From Klebsormidium nitens (Eukaryota > Plantae > Klebsormidiophyceae), in contig DF237115.1 in the NCBI GenBank assembly GCA_000708835.1, positions 1 through 64,000 on the forward strand: a DNA stretch of 64,000 bases, written 5' to 3'. How positions within the stretch are numbered: the stretch's first letter is position 1; every line of letters begins with the position of its first letter. The position numbers and the translations under genes were made by a program. The notes beneath the pieces are model-generated. The model did not search any database and had not been told where the DNA came from. It saw only the letters and a program-made list of their open reading frames with translations. Of the stretch, positions 21,779 through 35,062 are shown piece by piece.

Positions 21779-23186
21779 GTGATCGCATCCTGAACAATGA
21801 ACATGCCGAAGGAGTTGTGCGTGCTAGGGCTGCAGAGCATTCCCCAGAAATTGCAGAAAATATAGGCAATGGATCCGAGCTGATGATTGAGAGGTAACAA
21901 TCAAAATGTAAATCTTGGAATCGAAGCAGATTGCAATAGGAGCCGATGAAGGGTGACGTTGTCGTAAACAAAGCATGAGCAGATTAGTCACTACAGTACT
22001 GCCTTGACGGTCAGCCTTGCCTCAACCACTGCATGGAGGGCGGCAGCTCCACGATGTTTGAATGTTCACAAGATACTTGCCTGGCAACATCGTTTACAAT
22101 CTCACATCTGTCCGCATGGAACATTTTCCGGCACTGCACGTGATTCCTCAGAGCTGGATATCGCGTGACTGTATGGGGACTGTACGTATACAAAGTCAAT
22201 AGGTACTAAAATTTGCACGCGGCAATAGTTGCAAAACATATGCATCTATATACCGGCCGACACAATGATTACGATATCGATCGGCATGCATTATATGACC
22301 ATGGCATGTCCGCGACACATGCATGCAGCCTTTCATTACCAGATCCAGAATTCGCGTAGTGGCAAATTGTCACGGATCACACGCTTATGCATGCATGATA
22401 GTTTCGTAACGTGGCAGGTGCGATTGGCATATGCACACATGCGCCTAGATAGCCCCAATCTGCATCGCCAATGAAGCCTTTGCAATGCAATAAGCAATGC
22501 TCATTTGATCGCACCACAATTGAGAGGCTCGCGCAGTGTCTTTCTTGTGATTCCTAGCTTCCTCATCGTATAGTGCCGCGCCGCTCCTGCTAACATGCTG
22601 CATGGCTAGAACTCAGCAGAAACTCAGTGACGCTTACAACTGAAACTGCGTTTGGTCGTACTAAGCCCACAGCTGCACATGGGGGGTGATATTCTGCGCG
22701 CTTGCAGGCCACATTTGATGGCGATTGCAGCGAGAGTTTCCATAACGTCGACTGCGCATGGTCCCAGTGCCAACTCTCGAGAGTGGTCCGACATATCGAA
22801 ACACCAGAACTTGTTCACTCCGAGCCATAGATACATATTTCGATCAGAGCCAGCACCCAATGTTGGTTATCCAAAGGCAAGCTCCTGTTAGTACACCAGG
22901 GGCCCCAAGCAATCCGATGCGAAGGTCTTTAACCCTGCAGGATCGACTCGAGTCGCCGGATCTGAGGTCGACCTACCAGGCATTCAGACACGGTTCAAGC
23001 TACATTTGCTCAGAAGATGAAATAGCCACCAGATCTCTTACGCGTGCACTTTCCGTTCCCAATATAAGCATGAGTCCACGTTGATTGAATTGCGGGTCAA
23101 TCAATTATCAGCGCGCTTGACAAAGAAACGGGCCCTAGCAGTTGCAAATACGGCAGATGACATCCCTTCATTTGGAAGGGCTGCGG

Positions 23187-26100
23187 TTACCAGCAGCCCG
23201 GGTCCTTGATGTATTTGCCTGGAGCAAGAGCCAGCTTATGCTCAGGGGCCGAGATGTCTTTGGCCTGCCACCGCGATAGAAGCGTGGCCTCCAGTAGTCG
23301 AACCTGATCCAGATAATGAAAACCGTGTTCATCAGCTGGGTCAAACTATGGTTGCCTGAGGGGCGTCTAGCAACAAGGTCGGCGACTTGATTCTCAAGCT
23401 GGGGCGAGTCTAAGCAAACAGGGAGAAAATAACTTCAGCCATCTCTATGTAGAGCTCACTGACAACCTTGTAAGATACCGACCAGCTTTAACGGAAACGA
23501 TGCGGTCACTTAAAGGGCATCAAAACTCAAGAAGAGGCTACCAAGAAAGCAAAGTCAGATAGACGAGGCCATCTTCGATGATACACAAAAGTGAAGCTTT
23601 TCAGACAGGCTGACTACGTATCGCCGGTTCAGAGACCAGACCGCCAACTCAAGAATGTAAAGAAAGAGCAGTTCGAGCACAAACAACTCGAACTTTGGTT
23701 GAGATACATAACTCGGTCTGCAGAATTGCGAAAACGTGGATGGTCCCAGCTTCTTTGCAACCTACAAAAAATAAACGCGGGTCGCGCCCACGAGCCAACC
23801 ATTCCGTCGCCATTTGCTTGCAGCCGCCAAAGGTGTCAAGCAAACGAAAGACGAAATCGTCAAACAATCAATCAAGCAACAGAGAATATTGTTGAAATTG
23901 AAGGTCTGATTCTCACCTTTTTCACCATGGTCGGTTCGCCCACAGCAGTCAGCGGGGCGGGCCGGATGGTCAGCATCCCGTGCCGGTTGCCAAACACGAC
24001 GTCCGTGAAGTAGCGGTCCCCGACCTGCGTCACGGCGAGTACCAGATCGTTCAACCTTCCCCTTGCAGAAGCTTTGAAGCTTCACTAGTGGTTGCGAGAT
24101 GGGGGTCTCTTGAGGCGGGACCACCCGAACAGGCTGTACAAGAACTGTCAAAGACAAATTGATCCGGCCTCTTTGTGTACTGGGCCTCAAAGAAGACACT
24201 GTGACTTCGACTCTGTGATTGCTGTCAGATCTTCGTGCGCGAGCAACGCAGAAGCAGATGCCTAAGCGAAGCGCAATACACCGCTTTTCGAGCATGATTT
24301 TATCGTCAGGTGCGGCGGAGTGCGCTTGTCCAAGACAATAATCACAGTGTCCTGAGGGGCACTTGCGCCCAAGGGGAATCACAAACAGGTTTTGGTTCTC
24401 CGTCACAGAACGAGGGATAGCTTTAGATGGCAGACTCTAAATATCTCAGTAAGAAAGCAGGAAAAAGGTAGGTGCTCGAAATGCTCACCATCACGAGACG
24501 GTCAGCTGAACAACCAAAGTGTGCAGTCAGCGGATCCGAACTCCCAGCTGGTTTCTTGGCACCTGAAGGTTCGAACGAAGGAAACAGCGCGAAAGTTTAG
24601 AATAGCAGAGAAATCAAGCCCGTCAGACGAGTCCAGACGGCCTAACCTTTCGCCGTTTGAGATACCAAGCTGAGATGGAAGTTGGAACCGAACAGATTCA
24701 AATGTGAACAGCCGATTTAAAGCAAGGGGGTAAGGAAGAAAGGTCTGTCCTGGCGAGATACTGATGGTCAAGATTTCTGCAAAGTCCCAAACCCAAGCGA
24801 CCAGAGTCACGTATCATGGCCGAAACATTCGTACGCACCAACCATCAGGCAAGAGTTCTGCTGTTCGATTGTCAACTTCAGGCTTTCAACAGAGTCGATC
24901 GTCATCGAAAATTCAAACGTTCCGTTTTGGCAAAGAGATTGTGGCTTTAGCAGCAAGTCCGAAACCAAAAGGAGTGAGGCGTAATATTTTCATGCGCAGT
25001 CTGGCGAAAGCAAACGGTGCTTTTCGATATTTTCTGTCGAACTAAGATGGAAACGTGTGTAGTTCGGCCAAAGAGCAGCGCACTTTCGCATCCCTGCGCT
25101 ATGATTGAACAAGGAAATGCCGATTGTTGATCACAGATATCACGGACTCGAAAGCGCTGCGTGGATGCAGGACTCGAAAGCGCTGCGTGGATGCAGGACT
25201 GTTTGAAGCCTGTCCCTCTCACCATGTCTGAGGACCGGGATGCCTAGTTTCTGCTCCAGGAGGCTCGCTTCCTTTCCATCAGGGTCGAACTGCGCAAGCC
25301 CTGCAAAAGAGGCCGGTTCTGAGGCCTGTTCAAAATGGTGTATGCAAGCCACCTTGCAAAGCTCTGCCGAAGACTCTTTGAACCAAATTGCAGGACGTCG
25401 TCGGTGGTGTCCGCAGACATGCCCTTGTCAGTTCCCCTTTTGTTGGCTTGAAAAAAGGAGAGTCCACAGAGTTGAAACCTGACCAAATCAACCTATTTGA
25501 CAATGATTCTTGAGCATCAAAAGTTGGCAATTCGCTCGATTGAAGTGGAAGATCCGTTGCAGGACACCATGATAGGGACACAAGATCACGAACTTACCTG
25601 CAGAGTTGCTGAGCAGAACAATCTTCCCCTCATAGACATCTCGACATTCTTGCAGCGACTCTGCCAGAGTTTCGTAGATCTCTAAGGCATAGGGGGCGGT
25701 CAACGTGTTGTCCTGCAAAAGAATCAGTTGATGTCCAGTCTTCTGAAATGATTCTGCAAAGAATACTTCCAAGTTTATTGAGGTGCACAAACTGCAGACG
25801 CTCATTGGTGACATTTAAGTCTGAGGACTTTGGCGAGCAGTCAAAAAGAGTGGCGTAATGTCAAGTCTAGCATTGACGGAGCTTGCTTTTGCGTGGATAA
25901 GGTCCTCGAGAGGAAGAGCCGGCACGCAGGCATACAGTCTTCTCACATTGCGGTACATTTTGGTTCTGCAGTCAGAGCGGTGGCATAAAGGTTTCCTCTA
26001 CACGGTCACCAAGTTCATGCATGCAACCTGACTCATTCGCCTGAGAATCCAAAGAAAGAGGTATCCAGGCTAGCTTCCTATCCTAAGCCTTACTTTGTCG

Positions 26101-26762
26101 AAGACTACCCCCTGGAAGCCAGCCGCTCTCAGTGCCTGCCAGTCTATCCACCGGATGTCCGGTACCGCTATGTGCGGGACGGCCAGATGCTTCTTTCCCC
26201 CAAACAACAGTCCCAGAGTGATTCGTATGCCAGCAAGATTGAAATTCTGACCGAACCTGCTGCCAGGTGCGGATTGCGTCGAGTGTGGGGACTCTTCAGC
26301 TGCTTCTGAACCAGATATGCTGGCAGCATTGTGTGTTTGACTTCTTGCTTCGCTGTCTTTGGCCCCCAGCCCAGAACCACTGGCATCGCCAGCTCTGCTT
26401 CCTGACTTGTCGTCTCCTCCCAAACCTGAAGCGTCTACTGCAGACGATGATGCATGGGGTGGTGCACTTCTTGCATAGAATGTGCGCACCAGGAAAGCGC
26501 CTCCGTACTCTGTATGCACCAGACAATGTGAACCAGTTTCTGTCCGGAGCAACAATTGGCTGAGGGGCCGAATTTTAAAGGATGAAGAAGCACTCTTCTG
26601 ATCCTGAACCCGCTCCGATGAGAAATTTTTTGCTCTGACAGGCAACAGCTTCTGCCTTCCAACTTCCAACGCGCCTTGCAAGAGTGGTTGCTCCCCACGT
26701 AAGAAGGTGTGCCTCGCTTGTCTTGCAAGGTGGAAGCACTGCGAATAGCCCAGACGGGACAT
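23187..26762 (-). CDS. PGPP1: Phosphatidylglycerophosphate phosphatase (HAD IIIA, PGPP1/GEP4/YqeG family); 6 exons, 386 aa
   Basis: Exons 26762-26094, 25712-25598, 25300-25223, 24562-24489, 24024-23917 and 23303-23187 are in frame. HAD motifs GVVFDK|DNTLT, LLSNSAG, KKPAG and M|VGDRYFTDVVFGNRHG. The C-terminus VRLLEATLLSRW resembles plant PGPP1. Confidence 0.9.
25144..25200. repeat. 26-bp direct tandem repeat (x2.2) in PGPP1 intron 3
   Basis: ggactcgaaagcgctgcgtggatgca occurs at 25144-25169 and 25170-25195, followed by ggact. Confidence 0.9.
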
Positions 26763-28104
26763 GGCTGCGTTGCTCCAATCAGCCCCTTGATGGTTTCAGC
26801 TCCTTCCTGCTCAAGTCTCCACGCTATCAGAAATCGGAGTCATGAGTGAGGAACACGCCATTAAATTTGGAGCCTGGAGGCGCTCTGAGTCTAGCAATGC
26901 TGTACATCTCTCCTCCTGCTTGGCTTTCAGACGTCAAATATTTGGCCACAAGAATTACGGTTTGTTTCATTGCATATGCGGTATGTCCCATATACATATA
27001 TCATAGATGTAGCACATGGTTTATTTTAGTTACCGAGCTGACACAACATGATGGGGGACACAATAGTTCCTACCGTATGTACATCCGTTATCCAACTCGG
27101 TTACGGGTTAACTTGCTTCATAGCAGATATATGCGTTCACTTCCGTTGCTCATATATTAGCTTACAAGTGAAAGCAGAGAGTCGACGTGTCAAAGCAAAA
27201 AGCTTTGCTAGGTAGTTCTCTGTTCACAGCAGCAAGTGGCAGCTTTCCTGGGTCCTCTGGCTCGAAGGGTGGTGCAAGTTTCTCCCTTGAAGGTGGGCAT
27301 ATGGCACATGTTTGCTTCTGTGGCTTGACTCGACGCTGGTCTTTCTGGTGACGGTCCATTAAACTTCTGTTGCTGCTCGAGACCCTGTTGAATGGACTTC
27401 AATGGTGCTTGAGGCTTTTGTCTTGCTCTTGTTTAGTCTCGGAGAAGGTTAGATGTGATCTGAAAAGCTTGGATTGTTATGCATGCCATTCAGGTCCTGA
27501 CAAGATCCCCCACACTTTGACAGACCTGACAATTGTACTTGTGGAGTCTCATCCCGGCTCAGAAAGGCACTTGAGATTCTTCTTTCCTCGTCCGTGGCTC
27601 CTTTGTTGCCAAAACTTCGCAGTTGATGGCATGTGGAGAACTTATGGAAGCAGCAGGGCCGTCTGATTTGCGGTTATTTGCCAAAAGAATCCGACTTGTT
27701 TTACATTTTACATTCAGCTCTTCAATCAGTGATTGCATTGAACCAAATAAGTTGCTGACAGCACTTCTTCTTTTGTGCAGAGTAAAGTGCGGCAGTGATA
27801 GAAGAAAGTCGCTGCAGCTTGAATGTAAAAGTGCGAGGCAACTTGCTTTTGAGTAGTCCTCTGTATTTCATCAGCTTCACTTGAGCATGGCCAGAACCAT
27901 AGTTGCTCATGCAGCAGCTCCCTTCAGGTCCTATCAATAAAAGTCGAAAAGAGACCGTCTTGACCCTTTTGAAGTGGAAAGAGCAATGAATTTGGCAGAG
28001 AATGTTAAGCAAGATTAGTTTAATTTGACCTGGAAGCCAGAGCTCAATCTGAAAAGAAAAGAGTGGCATCGAGGAATCTTGTGAGGAACGGGGTAAGTAG
28101 CGCA

Positions 28105-31100
28105 ATGGAAAGCGGCCACGCAAATGGTCTGAACCAGCCTACAAGAAGAAGAAGTTTGCGCTCTCAGGATCTGGGCCTTAGCGAAAATGAAGATGATGGA
28201 GAGGCCCCTCTTCATTTCTCCACTAGAGAAGTAAAAAAGTCAACAGAAAAGAAGATGACCGAAAAGGCCAGAGAAGGGCCAGGCTTCCGAAACCCCTTTG
28301 CTGGAGACAGGCAGGCAGTGGGGAGACTGGGAGTCTCATCAGGGGGCGCTTCGCAAAACGGGCTCTTCAAAGCTGATGCGGATGGGCCAAGAGAAGCTGA
28401 TGTGCGTACCCTTGGCAGTGAGGATGGGAGCCGGTCTTTGGATGTCCCACATCGAAGTACGGCTGGTCGCGTCACAGAGGGCTTGAAAAGGGGGGCTCAG
28501 TCAGGCAAGGCTTCCGGGTTGCGAAATGAAAAGATAGCTGGTACGAAGGTCATTGACGATCTGAGGGTGAGCGACAGTGAGGAAGACGAATCCCCTCTAC
28601 CGACAAGGAGTCGTCCAACGGCCAGCATCGCGGGGAGAAAATTGGTGGGAGAGGAGCGAACTGACAGCACGCCGGACAGGGAGGGGTGGCGTGCACGGAA
28701 AGGGGCGCAGGGGCAGACGACTGTTGGTAGCGGGAGTCAAAACGCAAGCGGAAGTGCGGGCAATATAGGCAGGACAGGGGGCCTGAGTCAAAGTGCCTCC
28801 GAGGCACAGGAAGACCAGCATGCCTCTGCAATACCGGGAACTGACACGCAGACGCACGAGGCCTGGGGAAAGTTGGCAGAAGAAGAGGACCGAGAGGAAG
28901 GGGTGAAGGAAGAGAGGACAGCTGTTGGCGGGTGGACTGATTTCAAGGAGGGAACGAGGAGTGCAAGCGAGAACGGGGGAGAAGGTAAGAGCCAGAGCCT
29001 GGGTGGTCAGGAAGCGGCTGGAGAGGTGGCGGGGGAAGAAGGGAGCGGCGGAAACGAAGTCAGGAAAGACGAGGGAGAGGCGCGGATGCAGGCTGGAGGG
29101 GTGGAGGAGAAGCTCAGCGACCCAGAGGTGCTACTGACAAGAAGCGGGGAGAGAAGCGGAGGTTACGTGCACGGGGAAAAGTCCCGCAGTCGAGGGTCCG
29201 TCCCAGAGGAGACAGTGGCAGGTGCGGCGTTATGCGAAGCGATTGCAGAGGAGGGAACTAGACATAGGGCAGATTCTCAACCAGAAAGCGGGGGTTGGCG
29301 CAGCCGAAAGGTGTCCCTGAGCCAAGACAGTGTGCAAACCGAGGGCGGTGTCAATGGCAGGCACTCCAAAGACCCGGCTTTGGCTGTTGACACCAGCGCT
29401 GTTCAGACAGAAGGGCCTGAAGCTGTGAGTACAGGGGACGACGAGCCAGGCCCCTCCAATTTGAACCCAGGGGAAAGCCCTAGTGAAGAACAGAACAAGG
29501 GGACCGGGGACAGAATGCGACCGGAGAAAAGTACTGGGGAGGATGCACCATTCCTCGGCAGGGCAAGCAGTGTGCCGGAGTCCTCGAATGCGTGGTCTCG
29601 CCAGCTGTCGTTGCGTTTGCTGCGGCCGAGTCTCTCGGGAGAGCCTTCCACCGCCCTTCCAGAAGACTCCTGGAGGGATGCACGGGCCCCTAGTGTGCAT
29701 GTGGAGTCTGGAGACGGCGGCAGCCCAGGACTTGAGCCGCTTGAGGAGGGAACTGAAACTGTGCCTCGTTTGGAAGCGGCAGGGGGTTTGGACCTGGCAA
29801 CGGGGGGCCCTGTTGGGGAGTCGTTTGGAGAGCGAGAAGGGGCGGGCAGAACGCACGAGGAGTCAAACGGCCGGAGAAGAAGGCCGTTCATCAGTCTGGA
29901 CGATTCTCCAGGAACGGCTGGAACGAGTGCTGAACAGTTGGAGAACTTGAACGGGCTTCATGCTGCTGCGGATTGGAGAGGTTCTGCGGCGCTTGGCATA
30001 GGGAAACCTTCTCTTCGGCAGAGGCCGAGGCCGACCTTTTTATCGGAATCGTCCTTGTCAGACGAGGAGGAGCCTATGCCACTGGTCAGACGGTCGCAAT
30101 GGTCCAGACGTGCGCCTCAAACGGGGTCCGTCTCTCAGAACAACGGCGGGGGCTTGCAAACAGATGGGGCGGTTGGGTTGGGAGGGGGCCGTTCACACCA
30201 GGCTCCAGCAGGGCCCGAGCTGGTGCAAATACCCGAGAGCCCCGAGGGTGAGAACGGGCCCTTGTCACCGCCCCAGCGTAGGCGGTCGGCTCGCCACCGC
30301 AGGGGGGATCTTGGCGAAGGCCCACGTTCCTTGCAAATCTTGGAGCCTGAAGAGGTGACAGGTCTCGGGGGTGGGGAACGGAGGGGGGGGGTTTCTAACG
30401 GTCTGGCTGATAGTGCACAGTTGCAGGAGGAGGACGGTCAGGAAACGGCGGGAAGGGGTGCCGAGATTTGGTCCGGTTCGAAAGCACCAGTTGAGAAAAG
30501 GGAAGCTGGCGTTTTAGGGAGACCGCAGAGAAGACGCTTTCTGCTGGGGCGTCTGGAGGAGCTCGGCGCAGCTGCTAGTGAGCGGAGTGGGGGGCCGTCA
30601 GATTCTGAAACTGCGAATCATGCGCTGCCAGGCGGGGACAGTGGTGCGTCAGGTTTGACGGCAGCAAATCAGTTGGGAACGGAATCTGCTGACGTCATAG
30701 AAGAAGGGGACCGGTTCAGCCGTCCGAGCTTTTGGACCAGACGGACAGCAGGGACGGACGCTGCACAGCGATCCAGGGGGTTAAGGGCAGCGTTTGTACA
30801 GCCACGGGAGAGGGCGAGCGAGGGGGCTTGGGGCTCTGGAAGTTTGGAAAGTGAAGAAGAGGGCCGAGGAAAAGGGCGAGAGATTGCCGAAACGGAGAAC
30901 GAAGGATCTGTTGAGAGGCGCGGAGTGGTGGGTGCTCGAAGGGACGTCGGGTTTCCAGCTTCGAGAGGATTGAGTTTGGCACGAGCTCGGCGGGAGCAGA
31001 CTGGGGGTCTGCTGCCGGGACTTAGGAGCACGTTGGTTGGCGAGAGCGAGGGAAGAAGCGAAGCAGGGGCGGACGCAGGGCCACTGGGCCTCGAGGGTTT

Positions 31101-34100
31101 GGAGCGTGGAGGGTTTGCGGCTGGGCGGAGGGTTCCCGCACTAAACGGAAGAGGAGGGTCGGAAAATGCATCGGACAGAGACTTCGCGGGTTCAGCCGGT
31201 GTCGGCAGGTTGAACGTTCCCGAAATCACAGGGCAAAGACAGGATTACAGTCTTGCGGGCCGGTCAGGAGCCGAACGCTTTGGAGGCACTGAGAACCGTG
31301 TGCGTGTTGCAGCGGGGGAAAGCTTGGAGGCTGGCGTTGGGGAGCGGCAAAGCGGGCTTGCATCGCAAACTAGAGGTGGGGGGATAAGTTCGGAAGGAGA
31401 CGAGGACGAGGATGTGCCGATCGCAGCTGCGCAGCGGAGTCGGCGCGCAAAGCGGCGGCGGTCCGAAATGCGCCCGGCGCCGTCCGTGATCGTCGATCTG
31501 GACGGGAGCGACGAAGAGGAGGTTTTGGCGCACCGGACGAGAGTCAGGCGGCGTGGGCCTGCGGGGGGCAACCTAGAGGTTTCGGGGGCAGGGTTAGGCC
31601 GTGCCAGGGCAGGGGAGGCTCTAGAGGTCCCGGACGAAGGTCTAGGGGTTCGCGGGAGAGGTTCGAGAAGTCGGGGAGGAGTCATGAGAGGCCTAGGCGG
31701 AAGTCTAGAGGATGCGGTGAGCCGCCTGGGCGTCCTTGGGGGACGGCTAGAGGTACCGCGGGAAGGTCGAGGCGTTCGATCGCTAGCTAGAGGGCCTGAA
31801 AGACGAGGAGGAGAGCCAGTGGGAAGCCTAGAGGTTCCGGAGGTGCGGGACGAGGAAGCGCAGCGAAGAACGCAACTAGAGGAGGATGAGAGGCTCGCAA
31901 GGGAGCTGCAGAGAAGGGAGGAGATGGAAGCGTCAGACACGCTGACCCGGGTGAGGGAGGCGTGCTCTTTCGTGATATCTCTTTCCCTGTCTTTGTTTGA
32001 TTTGGTTTGACGCTACGTTCCTTTCCTTCTTTTCTGACAAAAGAGTGTCGAGAAGTGACCATCAGCGGCACAGGGCCTGCTGGCGACAGGGGGCGGGAAC
32101 ATGTTACACACACTTCTGTTCGAAGCGTATGAGCCCCATGTGGAGTTCCGTTGCAAGGAAATTTTAGACCAACACGAGATACACAATTCAGCAGACAGGA
32201 GAAAAGATTATCTCAACAGCGGGGTGAAAGCATCCGGATCATGTATCGTATTTGACTACTGGAGTTGTGGGCTTCAGTTGGATGACTTCGAGGTGGATCG
32301 CTCTTGCACCGACATGCTCCCTCGTCGAAACACGTACCCAGAGAGGACCTTCCCAACACCTCAAATGACGTCATAACGTTCCGGCTGACCCGTTCATGTG
32401 GGCCTGCAATCACGTTGCATTTCCGTCTAATCTGTACAAATGCTGCCCTCATTCTTACCTGCAGGCTGATGCCGAGTTCGCCCGCCGACTCCAAATGGAA
32501 ATGGAGGAGGAGGCCAGCATGCGCGCTTTGCCCACGCAAACCGACCCCCATTTCGGCCATTTCGGAGGTGCACCCATCCCCTGGGACGAACCCGAGGGCG
32601 GACTCGACTTTCCCAGCGAACGAAACCCTCCGAGTCGCTCTGGGGGGGTGCGTTTCACCCCTGCCAATATTCCCGGAACGAGCTTTCCGAGAATGGGGGT
32701 GCCAAACACCGGCGGAACCAGGGGCCCTCCTCTCCTGCAACGATCAAACCCGCGAAACATGCCACCCCCCGAGGACGCAACTTTCCGCCGTGCGAGCGAT
32801 CTTTTGGGGGGGGCAGCGGCGGCTCTGGAGGCGCCCCCCGGGGAAGCCGAAGCGGCGCGGCGGTCTGTACGGACGGCCGTAGCGGGGGGGCGCGGTTCTG
32901 AAGCGAGAGGCCGGGGGGGGGCGGTTGTTCCGAGAGGGGGGGCGCGGGCGGTCAGGGGAGGAGGGGGCGGGAGAGGGAGAGGGGGCGGATATGCGGCTGC
33001 GCGGGGGGGAGGAGTGCGAGCGCGCTATGGAAGGTGAGGACGTGGCAAGTTTTGAACGTCAGAAAGTTGGAGGGGAAAAGACTGGTTGTGCTTGATGTTC
33101 TGCTGAGGTCTGCGGCAGAAAATATTGTGTGCCCGGAAAGGGACGACTTTGCATGCAGTTCGACTGGAGGTCTTGCACATGAGAGGCAGACGACGATCCG
33201 GAGGGCTTGTGTTGGGAAAACGAAAAACTGTTCTATGCAGACGCGCACCTCACCTATTTCAAGGCGGGTTTCTTCGCGAATGACTCGCCGCTCCGTTTGC
33301 AGTGCTCCGTTTGCAGGGACAGGTGCGAAACCAAAAAATCAGTCGAGGAGTACACTTTCTTGCAAGGGCGTATCTCCAAGTTTGCTCAGAACTCTAAAAA
33401 GCTGCTGCTGCTCATTAATATCGCTATGTACGGATTCAGAATGCAGCATACTAGAAAATGTAATCCGAAGAATGGTTTACAGGAAGCTAACAAGACAAGA
33501 TTCTGCTTCTTTTCAGGGGGGCCCACAACTGGAACGCCGGCCCAGGCCACCGGCTGGACGACCCCCCCACTCCGGAAGTCAGCTTCGGCCCCGGGTTGTC
33601 AATGGAAGACCGGATGGAACTTCTCATGGCGATGGAGGAGGCGGCACATTATGGGGGGGGGATGGGCTTCGGGGGGGGCCGCGGGCGGGGCGCAGGGTTT
33701 GGGGGTTTAGGCGCGCTTGGGCTGATCGCGGGGTCGCGCGACTTCGACGAGCGCGACTACGAGATGCTGCTGCGGTTGGACGAGGGGGGGCCGAGCCCCT
33801 CACGGCCGCGGGGGGCGACGGCGGGGGAGATCCGCAGCCTTCCCACCAACAAAGCTTCGGTGAGCGACTTGTTTCGACATGTGCAGTTTGGCGTTTCGTT
33901 TTTCGATTGGGCAGCGGAATGCTTCTCCGCGAGTTCATCGGGGCGCGACGGCGGGGGAGATCAGAAGCCTGCCCACCAACAAAGCTTCGGTGAGTGATCT
34001 GTTTTTGCAGTTCGCCCACGTGGCGTTTTTCAAAGCTTCGGTGACTGATTGTTTTTGAATTCTGCAACGTGGCGTTTCAAGATTTGATTGCGAGAATCTC

Positions 34101-35062
34101 GCGGCCGCGGGGCGCGTCGGCGGGGAGATCAGGAGCCTGCCCATTAATAAAGCCTCGGTGAACGGCCCGTCTTGTCTTCTGATTGAGCACCCTTATTCTT
34201 CTGATTGGGCCAGGAATGGTTGAAGTAAAAAACGCGACGCGGAGCATCGCGGCGAGAATCGTTAGCGTTCTTATTCGCAAAACATCGGTGAGCGGACCGT
34301 TGTGAACTTTGCAGCGTGACGGTTTGCCCTTTGATCCTGGAGCGAAATCGTTCACCCATGAAACGCGGGCCGGTTATTTTCTGGACGAGATGCCTGCTCG
34401 TATCGAGGAAGACCAAGAATGTGTCGATCAAAGCGCTGTAACATGTCGTTGAATGTTTCCGAGTGCTCTGGTGCTACAAATCAGCTGGATTGGCTCCTTT
34501 CGGAAAGGGTGCTGATTGACGCTTTTCAGATTTGGGCGCCCTCTCCTTCCCTGCAAAGTCAACCATTACTTCGACTCCGTGTTCAGCCAACTTCGTCGAT
34601 AGAAAATGGCACGACGAGCGCCCTGCTGACACGTGGAGTTTCGTGATTGGCTGCAGGCAGCGGACATCGCAGCGGGGCCATGCACCATCTGTTTGGACAC
34701 GCCCGAGGAGGGTGACGTCATCAAGCGGCTCCCGTGTATGCACATCTTCCACCAGAAGGTGCGTTGCTCATTTCATCCTTGTTTCCTTGGGGCCACGGAG
34801 GTGGATTGTGCGAGTAGCAATAGATTGGTTAAGGAGAGAAAGTGCTCTGGCAACAAAGACCGTAGACCCTTGTCTCGTAATCCACTCAGCTTACGTACGC
34901 TTAAGCAGTGTTGAACACCTATTGCTGCGCTGTACTTGCATACTGAGCGAGTGCGAAGTTGCAAACGCGCTGAATAAACCTCTCTTTCGTCTGCAGTGCA
35001 TAGACGACTGGCTCCAGCGGCAGCCACTCTGTCCAATTTGCAAGGCCAGTGTACGAACATGA
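28105..35062 (+). CDS. Large RING-H2 E3 ubiquitin ligase with about 1280-aa disordered N-terminus, MIU/UIM-like helices and RG-rich region; 5 exons, about 1641 aa
   Basis: Exons 28105-31950, 32465-33033, 33517-33859, 34657-34758 and 34997-35062. C-terminal [26 protein letters not shown]|[15 protein letters not shown] is C3H2C3. Also contains [27 protein letters not shown] and [10 protein letters not shown]. The start codon is uncertain, since an upstream exon is possible. Confidence 0.82.
33915..34165 (+). repeat. Duplicates of the 3' end plus donor of RING gene exon 3 (two long copies, one short)
   Basis: GCGACGGCGGGGGAGATC...CCCACCAACAAAGCTTCG|GTGAG recurs at 33939-33994, in part at 34031-34044, and at about 34099-34163. 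Confidence 0.9.

Noticed and set aside
28212-33993. Many long overlapping ORFs on both strands in the ORF track (for example 29230-29856, 30669-31229, 31245-31940, 33034-33993)
   Set aside because: These are shadow ORFs of GC-rich, low-complexity coding sequence of the RING gene, with no recognisable domains.
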